Under the pieces are notes generated by a model. That model saw only the letters and a program-made list of their open reading frames with translations, was not told the origin of the DNA and ran no database searches. Below, in pieces: positions 28,905 to 35,522 of a stretch of DNA of 64,000 bases. The DNA comes from Verrucomicrobiales bacterium. GTDB taxonomy: Bacteria; Verrucomicrobiota; Verrucomicrobiia; Limisphaerales; UBA1100. Where the stretch lies: positions 2,198-66,197 of the forward strand of contig JAYOSV010000007.1 in assembly GCA_038139415.1 (NCBI GenBank), in the 5' to 3' direction. Position numbers and translations under genes: made by a program. How positions within the stretch are numbered: position 1 is the stretch's first letter; every line of letters begins with the position of its first letter.

Positions 28905-28950
28905 GCCGCCCGGCGGTTGAGCTTCGGTTCAATCCAAGGGCGGCTTTTTT
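28905..28950 (+). terminator. intrinsic terminator closing the structured RNA, 48 nt before the glyQS ATG
   Basis: GCCGCCC (28905-11) pairs with GGGCGGC (28938-44). The loop contains a nested hairpin TTGAGCttcgGTTCAA (28917-32). It is followed by TTTTTT (28945-50) and then gtgttttg. Confidence 0.65.
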
Positions 28951-28998
28951 GTGTTTTGTTGACTTTTTTGGCGGTTTTCCCGATACACTCGCCGCCTC

Positions 28999-30639
28999 AT
29001 GGCACGGGATAATTCCTTGATGGATGCGATTGTGGCGTTGTGTAAACGCCGCGGGTTTGTGTTTCAATCCTCCGAAATTTACGGAGGCTTCAGTGGTTTG
29101 TGGGATTACGGCCCGCTGGGGGTGGAATTGAAGCGTAACATCAAGGAGACGTGGTGGCGCGATATGATCACCACACACGATGAGCTGGATCAGCCCGAAG
29201 GGGCACCGCGCCGGTTCCAAATGGTGGGCATCGAGTCGAGTGTCATCATGCACCCGCGCGTGTGGAAGACTTCTGGCCATTACGATTTGTTTCATGATGA
29301 GATGGTGGATTGCCGGGAGACTAATAAGCGTTACCGGTACGATCATGTGAAAGGCCGCTGGGTGACGCATGAGGGTCGGCGGCTTTTTGTGACCACCGTG
29401 GGGGGCGATGATTTGCAGGCGGCTCTGCAGGAACGCGCGTTACGTTTCTTTGGCCTGAAAAACAAGTATGCCGACAAGCTGGAATGGGACGGTGAGATTG
29501 TCGATCTGCCGACGGTGAAGGATCACACCGGGGTCTTGGGACCGGACGCCAAGGAACTCGGCTCGCTCACCGAACCGCGGGAGTTCAACCTGATGTTTGA
29601 AACGCACGTGGGCGCGATGCGCAATGACGATAACAAGGCGTTTCTGCGGCCGGAGACGGCGCAGGGGATGTTTGTGAATTTTAAGAACGTGGTGGATAGC
29701 AACCGCGTGAAGGTGCCCTTCGGTATCGCGCAACAGGGCAAGAGTTTCCGCAACGAGATTACGCCGCGTAATTTCACCTTCCGCAGCCGCGAATTTGAGC
29801 AGATGGAGATGGAGTTTTTCTGTCACCCGGAAGAATCCTTCAAGTGGTACACCTACTGGCGCGATCGCCGGTTTAAGTGGTACACGGATTTGGGGATCGA
29901 TGCCTCCAAGCTGATTCTGCGTGATCACGAGCAGGACGAGCTCTCGCATTACTCGGTGGGCACGGCTGATGTGGAGTACGCATTTCCGTTCTGCGAGGAA
30001 GGCGAATTCGGCGAGCTGGAAGGCATCGCGCACCGCGGCGATTTTGATCTGCGCTCGCATATGGAAGGCAAGCTCGTGCGCGAAGGCGAGGAGCTGGTGG
30101 TAGAAAAGGATGCCGAGGGGAGCCCGAAATATCCCGGTAGCGGTAAGGATCTTACCTTCTTCGATGACGAAACGAAGGACCGCTTTGTGCCACACGTTAT
30201 CGAGCCGGCCGCCGGGGCGGATCGCACGGTACTGGCGTTTATTTGCAACGCCTACCATGAGGAGACCATCACCAACGAAAAGGGCAAGGAAGAGACGCGC
30301 GTGGTCATGAAGTTTCACCCGCGCATTGCGCCGTACAAGGTGGGTGTCTTCCCGCTACTCAAGAATAAACCCGAGCTTGTTGCCAAGGCGCGTGAGGTGT
30401 GCAACCTGCTGCGCCCGCACATGGCGGTATTTTATGATGAAGGCGGCGCAATTGGCCGCCGCTATCGCCGCCAAGACGAGGCCGGCACGCCCTACGGTGT
30501 GACCATCGATTTCGATACGCTCGGCGAAAACGGTGATGAGTCCAAGGACACCATCACCCTGCGCGATCGCGATACCATGGAGCAAACGCGTATGCCCATC
30601 AGCGAGCTACTGCCGTTTCTGCTGGAGAAAATTCGGTAG
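28999..30639 (+). CDS. glyQS: glycine--tRNA ligase (homodimeric class II type)
   Basis: 546 aa. The N-terminus MDAIVALCKRRGFVFQSSEIYGGFSGLWDYGPLGVELKRNIK is the hallmark of alpha2-type GlyRS. Class II motifs are present throughout. Confidence 0.95.
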   Translation: MARDNSLMDAIVALCKRRGFVFQSSEIYGGFSGLWDYGPLGVELKRNIKETWWRDMITTHDELDQPEGAPRRFQMVGIESSVIMHPRVWKTSGHYDLFHDEMVDCRETNKRYRYDHVKGRWVTHEGRRLFVTTVGGDDLQAALQERALRFFGLKNKYADKLEWDGEIVDLPTVKDHTGVLGPDAKELGSLTEPREFNLMFETHVGAMRNDDNKAFLRPETAQGMFVNFKNVVDSNRVKVPFGIAQQGKSFRNEITPRNFTFRSREFEQMEMEFFCHPEESFKWYTYWRDRRFKWYTDLGIDASKLILRDHEQDELSHYSVGTADVEYAFPFCEEGEFGELEGIAHRGDFDLRSHMEGKLVREGEELVVEKDAEGSPKYPGSGKDLTFFDDETKDRFVPHVIEPAAGADRTVLAFICNAYHEETITNEKGKEETRVVMKFHPRIAPYKVGVFPLLKNKPELVAKAREVCNLLRPHMAVFYDEGGAIGRRYRRQDEAGTPYGVTIDFDTLGENGDESKDTITLRDRDTMEQTRMPISELLPFLLEKIR

Positions 30640-30657
30640 CCCCGCATACTTGCCCGC

Positions 30658-31416
30658 GTGACCCCCACCGAAGCTGCCCAGCTGCTTGAAGAGTTCCGCG
30701 CCGGCAAAATCAGCCAGGCGCAGGCTCTTGCTGCCCTCGGTAAAGAACCCGTCACCGACCTCGGCTTCGCGCAGGTGGATCAACACCGCGCCCTACGGCA
30801 GGGTTTCCCTGAGGTCATCTTCGGTGCCGGAAAAACGCCCGTGCAGGTCGTTAAGATTGCCGGTGAAATTCTTAAGCAAAGCGATCGCGTGCTCATCACC
30901 CGCACCACGCCGGCGCACGCCAAGGCGTTGTCGAAAAAATTCAAGAAAGCTGTTCACCACGAAACCGCGCGCTGCGTGGTGATCGAAAAGAAAAAATCCA
31001 AACCTCAACGCACCGGCACCATCGCCATCCTCTCCGCCGGCACCAGCGATCTGCCTGTGGCTGAGGAAGCCGCGGTCACTGCCGAGACGATGGGGAACCC
31101 TGTCCGGCGCCTGTTCGATGTCGGTGTCGCAGGCCTGCACCGGTTGCTGGCGCGCGTGGAAGATTTTCGGGAAGCCAACGTCATCATCGTCGTGGCCGGC
31201 ATGGAAGGCGCCTTGCCTAGCGTGGTGGCTGGCCTCGTCGACAAACCCGTCATCGCTGTGCCCACCAGTATCGGTTACGGCGCCAGCTTCGAGGGTGTGG
31301 CCGCGTTGCTTGGCATGCTCAATAGCTGCGGCAGCGGCGTCACGGTCGTCAATATCGATAACGGCTTCGGCGCCGCCTACGCCGCCAGCCAGATCAATGC
31401 GCTCACAAATTCATGA
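30658..31416 (+). CDS. larB: nickel-pincer cofactor biosynthesis protein LarB (PurE-like NaAD carboxylase/hydrolase)
   Basis: 252 aa. [27 protein letters not shown], then a PurE-like domain [17 protein letters not shown]...[18 protein letters not shown]...[14 protein letters not shown] start. Confidence 0.85.
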   Translation: MTPTEAAQLLEEFRAGKISQAQALAALGKEPVTDLGFAQVDQHRALRQGFPEVIFGAGKTPVQVVKIAGEILKQSDRVLITRTTPAHAKALSKKFKKAVHHETARCVVIEKKKSKPQRTGTIAILSAGTSDLPVAEEAAVTAETMGNPVRRLFDVGVAGLHRLLARVEDFREANVIIVVAGMEGALPSVVAGLVDKPVIAVPTSIGYGASFEGVAALLGMLNSCGSGVTVVNIDNGFGAAYAASQINALTNS

Positions 31417-32387
31417 ATTCTCCTCGGTTAATGTTCGCCGCACTTCTCGCCGCACTTGTCATGGGTGGGGCCGGTTGCGTGACACCTGTTCCGTCCGCCG
31501 CGGCGGTTTATGAACGCGTCCAGCCGGCGGCGGTGGAGATCTTGGTGAATGGCCGTATGGCCGGCTCGGGCAGTATCGTGGACGCCGGCGGCAGCGTGCT
31601 GATTGCTGCGCACATGTTACCGGCAGGTAATGAAGCGCATTTGGAAGCGCACTCGTCAACACTCGGTCGGCAGCCGATTCGCTTGATCGCCCTTGATCTT
31701 GCGCATGACCTCGCCTTGCTACAGTTGCCCTTGCAAGCTGAGGCGTACCCGCACCTAACCACAGCCCAACGCTCCCCACGTCCCGGTGAGCCAGTTTATC
31801 TGTATGGCGCTCCGGTGTTTCGACATGATGTTATGATCTCCGGTAAGATCGCGCGTGCCCAGCCGACCTATGAATTTTATGATGGTGCGTTTAGGGAGAT
31901 TCTCCATATCTCCGGTATTTCACCCATTGGCACTTCGGGCGGTCCGTGGGTTAACGCGCGCGGGCAATTGATCGGAGTACAAAGTGCGGCAATGACCATC
32001 AAGGGAGCACATCAGGGGATTGCTTATGCAAGCCCCTTGGCATCTCTTAAGGGACTGCTGGAAAAAAAGAAAACAGTCCAAAGTGCCACCATGCAAACAG
32101 GTGTGGAAGAATTGTGGGGTCAGGAACCGAGCTTTATCAGTAAACTACACAAGGATTTTCGGGGGCTGGTGGTCCGTCAACTCCGCAAAGATGGAGTTGC
32201 CGCCAAGGCTGGCCTGAAAGAATGGGATATTATTGTGGCCATTGATGGCCGGTCGGTGAATCGCACTGATGACTTGATGCGTATGATTCGCAGCCGGGAG
32301 CCCGGTCAAACAGTTCGTTTGAAGGCCACAGACCGGGAAGGGAATAATTCACGCGATCTCACTATCAAGTTGATTCCGATCAACTGA
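31413..32387 (+). CDS. trypsin-like serine protease with C-terminal PDZ domain
   Basis: Signal/lipoprotein-like N-terminus (VMGGAGC), catalytic [19 protein letters not shown] and a PDZ-like [22 protein letters not shown]. Its ATG overlaps the larB stop (ATGA at 31413-16). Confidence 0.8.
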   Translation: MNSPRLMFAALLAALVMGGAGCVTPVPSAAAVYERVQPAAVEILVNGRMAGSGSIVDAGGSVLIAAHMLPAGNEAHLEAHSSTLGRQPIRLIALDLAHDLALLQLPLQAEAYPHLTTAQRSPRPGEPVYLYGAPVFRHDVMISGKIARAQPTYEFYDGAFREILHISGISPIGTSGGPWVNARGQLIGVQSAAMTIKGAHQGIAYASPLASLKGLLEKKKTVQSATMQTGVEELWGQEPSFISKLHKDFRGLVVRQLRKDGVAAKAGLKEWDIIVAIDGRSVNRTDDLMRMIRSREPGQTVRLKATDREGNNSRDLTIKLIPIN

Positions 32388-32402
32388 ACAGCCCCCTCTG
32401 GT

Positions 32403-33941
32403 TTATTTTTCCAGCTTTGGAATCGCCGGCAGGCCAAAGCCTCCCTTTTGTGGATTCTCGCGCTGAAGTTTCTTTAATTCTTTTTTGTTGAGCGTTTTGT
32501 CGCTCGTGTCGCGTTTTTGGTCTGTATTGAAGGTAAGTGAATCAATCATCGCACCATTCAAGGTGGCTTTACCAAAAATGGGGCTCTCCACCTCAAGTTT
32601 GTCTTCCGTCCAGCTAATGAGTTTGAAATCCAGTACGTCAGCCCCTTTAAACGTTGCCTTAACCAGTCCATTGTTGGCTTTGACCTCCTTGCTAACGGTT
32701 GATTTGGAAAACTGAATCAGGCGTGAATGGGCCCAGGGAATATCTACCTCGCCGAAGCTGCTCTTAATTTTAACTTTTCCATCACCAATGCGGGTGATGG
32801 TCCCAGTAACTGTATCTTCGTTGATCAGGCGGATAGTATCCTGCTTAGGGCTAATGGTTGTATCGGTTGCGGCAATTGGCTCGCTTCCATCCCATTGGCT
32901 GATTCGGATATTACTAACCTTCAAGGGATAAGGGGAGCGTGAGGTAAAGAGCAATCCATCTCCCTTACCTGCAAAGGCTTCCTTATCTTTCCAATTGGCT
33001 ATTTGGATTCCATTGATTGACAGGATAAATGATCGTGATTTTTTATTGGTGCGTAGTGAGTAGCGTACACGCGACCCAATCCCCGTCAGGTTTACCCGAG
33101 TGTTGGACCCCAACCGATCAGATATGAAATCACCATTCCGTTCACTTTGCCGGTGAAGGTTGGCACCGGCTTGGCTCAGCTTCAGGGCGTATGAGCTGCC
33201 GTTGGATGGGGATTTCAGGTTGTCGGCGAACAAATTTACATTCAGGGAAAAGTAACCGGAGTTGCGCCCCGGAGTGGACCAGTCCACGTCAAATTCAATC
33301 AGGGCCTTATCGGGGAACGCCACTTTGCGCCCGGCCGTTGCGCCAGCGCCAGTGCTAGTGATGGCACCTGCCTTGAATCCGAATTTACCAGAGCCAGTTT
33401 TTTGAGCTGGGATAGGCAAGGCAAAGCCGCCACCTCCTATAATATTTTTGGAAGAACCAAAGACCCAATCCTTTTCTGAGGAGGGGCCATTGTAGACGAC
33501 CTTGCCTATTCCTGCTGTCGCCGGAATGATCGCCTTGAGCTGGCTCCGCATGAATTCTATTTGGCCGGCCGCGGTATGGCTCATAACCACCCGCTCAGCA
33601 TCGGCCAGATCCAGCTGACCTGAAATGGAGTTTCCATTAGTCATCAAAACCTGGCTTTGAGTGGAGTGAGTCGTGGGAACTCCAGAGAAGGTGACACGGT
33701 CAATTGCTTCTGGGTTAATCTGCAATGCCGGTTTGATATTGGCCGCTTCCCATACGAGGCCAAGTTTGGGATCGAATTTGACAAATTTACCGGTGATGAC
33801 ATCACCATTGAGCATATACACTGCTTCAATATTGGCTGACGATTTACCCAGTGCCGGCACGGTCAACATGGGGGCCCGGGCGGCTTGTGAGACAAAAGTC
33901 GCCACCGGAAATACAATCAGGATGAAAAATAGTCGGGCCAT
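32403..33941 (-). CDS. secreted hypothetical protein with repeated beta-modules around a jelly-roll-like core
   Basis: 512-aa ORF with a signal peptide. Four related ~40-aa modules are visible (NGDVITGKF...RVTF, NGNSISGQL..., NEDTVTGTITRIGDGKV..., ...ATLNGAMIDSLTF). No family recognised. Confidence 0.4.
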   Translation of the reverse strand: MARLFFILIVFPVATFVSQAARAPMLTVPALGKSSANIEAVYMLNGDVITGKFVKFDPKLGLVWEAANIKPALQINPEAIDRVTFSGVPTTHSTQSQVLMTNGNSISGQLDLADAERVVMSHTAAGQIEFMRSQLKAIIPATAGIGKVVYNGPSSEKDWVFGSSKNIIGGGGFALPIPAQKTGSGKFGFKAGAITSTGAGATAGRKVAFPDKALIEFDVDWSTPGRNSGYFSLNVNLFADNLKSPSNGSSYALKLSQAGANLHRQSERNGDFISDRLGSNTRVNLTGIGSRVRYSLRTNKKSRSFILSINGIQIANWKDKEAFAGKGDGLLFTSRSPYPLKVSNIRISQWDGSEPIAATDTTISPKQDTIRLINEDTVTGTITRIGDGKVKIKSSFGEVDIPWAHSRLIQFSKSTVSKEVKANNGLVKATFKGADVLDFKLISWTEDKLEVESPIFGKATLNGAMIDSLTFNTDQKRDTSDKTLNKKELKKLQRENPQKGGFGLPAIPKLEK

Positions 33942-33992
33942 TGAGTGCTTTCAGTACGGAAAATATTCAGGCTCGTCAAGAAAGGGTAAGCT

Positions 33993-35297
33993 ATGGCTAT
34001 TCTAGACCCCGTGAAGACCCTTTACCTCGATATTTTTAGTGGCATTAGTGGTGATATGTTTTTGGGGGCCATGATCGATCTGGGCGTGGACTTCGATGCG
34101 CTGGATGCAGAGCTGAAGAAGCTCAAACTGGACGGCTACACACTCAGTGCCAATCGCCGGCAGAAATGCGCGATTGATGGGGTGAAGTTTGATGTACATC
34201 TGGCGACCGGCGGCGAAGGCGATCATGACCATAGTCATTCGCATGATCATTCTCACGAACACAGTCACTCGCACGAACATTCCCATGAGCACAGTCATGG
34301 AGGCGATGATGGTCACGGACACAGCCGAAACTTTGCGCAGATTTCAGAAATGATCCACGCCAGCACCCTGAGTGATTGGGTGAAGGAAAAGTCAGTGGCT
34401 GTGTTTCAACGTGTGGCCAATGCCGAGGGCAAGATCCATGGGATGCCGCCTTTTGAGGTGCACTTTCATGAGGTGGGTGCGGTGGATTCCATTGTCGATA
34501 TCGTGGGCGGCTGTATTGCGCTGGAGCTCTTGGGTAAACCACGCGTGCGCAGCGGGCCGGTCATTGAGGGCACCGGGTTTATCATGTGCGCCCATGGCCG
34601 CTTTCCCATTCCCGCACCGGCGACACTCAATATTCTCGCTGAACGCGGTGTAGCCATCACCCAGTGTGAGGAAACCAATGAACTCATTACCCCAACTGGC
34701 GCTGCCTTGATTGCTGAATTTGCGGAAGACTTTGGGCCGTTGCAAAACCTTACGCCTGAGAAGGTCGCCTTTGGTTTGGGCACACGCGATTGTGAAACGC
34801 GCCCCAATGTTTTGCGTGCGGTGTTGGGCGAGGAAACCGCATCAGCCTCCAGTAATGATTGGGAGACGGACACGATTTGCGTCCTGGAAACCAACCTCGA
34901 TGATATTAGTTCAGAAGTCTTGGGTGACTTTGTGGAACGCGCTCTTAAGGCCGGAGCACTGGACGTGGTGCACACGCCCATTCAGATGAAGAAGAACCGG
35001 CCCGGTGTCCAGCTGAGTGTCCTGTGTGCTGAAGGTGATGCCGATCAGTTCTGCGAAATGATCCTGCGCGAAACCAGCGCCTTTGGTGTGCGCCGTACCT
35101 TAACTGAACGCCGTAAGCTCCAGCGCGAGACCAAGACGGTGACTACCCTGCATGGGGAAGTGACCGTGAAACTAGGTAAACTGAATGGCGAAATCGTGCA
35201 GGTGGCGCCCGAGTATGAAAGCTGCCGTGCTATTGCGGCCAAGGCTGATGTGCCGCTCAAAGCGGTTTATGATGCAGCAGTCGCGGCGGCGCGTTGA
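33993..35297 (+). CDS. larC: nickel insertion protein LarC (DUF111; NPN cofactor nickel chelatase)
   Basis: N-terminus LYLDIFSGISGDMFLGAMIDLG is the LarC/DUF111 signature. A His-rich tract (DHDHSHSHDHSHEHSHSHEHSHEHSH) is also present, as is FHEVGAVDSIVDIVG. Confidence 0.9.
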   Translation: MAILDPVKTLYLDIFSGISGDMFLGAMIDLGVDFDALDAELKKLKLDGYTLSANRRQKCAIDGVKFDVHLATGGEGDHDHSHSHDHSHEHSHSHEHSHEHSHGGDDGHGHSRNFAQISEMIHASTLSDWVKEKSVAVFQRVANAEGKIHGMPPFEVHFHEVGAVDSIVDIVGGCIALELLGKPRVRSGPVIEGTGFIMCAHGRFPIPAPATLNILAERGVAITQCEETNELITPTGAALIAEFAEDFGPLQNLTPEKVAFGLGTRDCETRPNVLRAVLGEETASASSNDWETDTICVLETNLDDISSEVLGDFVERALKAGALDVVHTPIQMKKNRPGVQLSVLCAEGDADQFCEMILRETSAFGVRRTLTERRKLQRETKTVTTLHGEVTVKLGKLNGEIVQVAPEYESCRAIAAKADVPLKAVYDAAVAAAR

Positions 35298-35522
35298 TTG
35301 GGTTTTATTCCTTCTTTGGCGCGCGGCCGGTGTATTTGGCATTCCGGCGACGAATAGGCCAATCGCAGTGCTCATCCGCGCCGGGCAGTGACCTTCCGTT
35401 TCCTGCGTAACGATGCCGAATTAGTTGAATCAGCTCTCAAATATGATCCGTCCCACTCGGTAAGGGTCAGCTAAGAATTCTGCTGGCTTGCATAGGGGCG
35501 TGTAAGCCTCAAACTACCTGCG

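Larger units (their letters stand above)
28558..28950 (+). ncRNA. candidate large structured RNA / cis-regulatory leader upstream of glyQS (unclassified)
   Basis: There are at least 10 consecutive hairpins, including:
- 28561-82 (cUUCGg loop)
- GGTCAGccaaCTGACC, 28583-98
- GGAGAGctgattCTCTCC, 28665-82
- a perfect 10-bp stem GGCGATGTTC/GAACATCGCC, 28683-28708
- GGAC..CTTCgtcgGAAG..GTCC, 28711-34
- CGCCttcgGGCG, 28745-56
- 28829-62
- 28871-84

Exact internal repeats are present: tctctcggga x2 and gtcggaagg x2. The element ends in an intrinsic terminator. The overlapping ORFs in three frames give only low-complexity translations. Composition shifts abruptly at about 28555. A possible extended -10 (TGgTAGTTT, 28543-51) precedes it. 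Confidence 0.5.

Noticed and set aside
28558-28950. The structured RNA might be RNase P RNA or tmRNA; the size (~390 nt) and terminator fit. Short similarities seen: GGGGATGCGAC near the 5' side, CGGACGCG, GGTTCAATCC, GTCCACGA.
   Set aside because: No GGAAAGUCC(GG) P4 strand with a complementary ACAGAA-CCGG-CUUA strand is present. The 5' GGGGAUG has no complementary 3' acceptor strand or CCA end. GGTTCAATCC does not fold as a T-arm (G-A and C-A mismatches). None of the short ORFs ending at the five in-region stops looks like an ...ALAA tag. A covariance-model search should still be run.
28827-28950. A T-box riboswitch (the classical glyQS regulator in Firmicutes). Observed hints: GAA-GGC-A (Gly codon followed by a purine) at 28829-35, CUUCGAGCA as at the Stem I base of B. 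subtilis glyQS, and UUGGUAGCCGC resembling the UGGUACCGCG T-box core next to the terminator.
   Set aside because: The GGC triplet lies inside a stable local helix (GAAGG/CCUUC), not in a specifier loop. I found no GA/K-turn, AG bulge or distal-loop motifs. The T-box-like segment has an extra nucleotide and cannot form the canonical bulged antiterminator, because its A2 partner lies downstream of the A1 partner. It is kept only as an alternative to test with RF00230.
28959-28989. A possible glyQS promoter between the terminator and the ATG: TTGACT (28959-64) with GATACA (17-nt spacer) or TACACT (19-nt spacer). It would make the upstream RNA an independent gene and the glyQS mRNA nearly leaderless.
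   Set aside because: Neither -10 option is convincing: GATACA lacks the -7 T, and TACACT needs a 19-nt spacer. I cannot decide between a leader and an independent ncRNA from sequence alone.
28559-29370. ORFs 28559-29020 (+, 153 aa), 28605-29012 (+, 135 aa) and 28585-29370 (-, 261 aa) in the big gap.
   Set aside because: They overlap each other in three frames and start mostly at non-ATG codons. Their translations are low-complexity Arg/Gly/Ser/Pro strings. The minus-strand ORF is antisense to the well-supported glyQS 5' end. They are typical GC-rich shadow ORFs.
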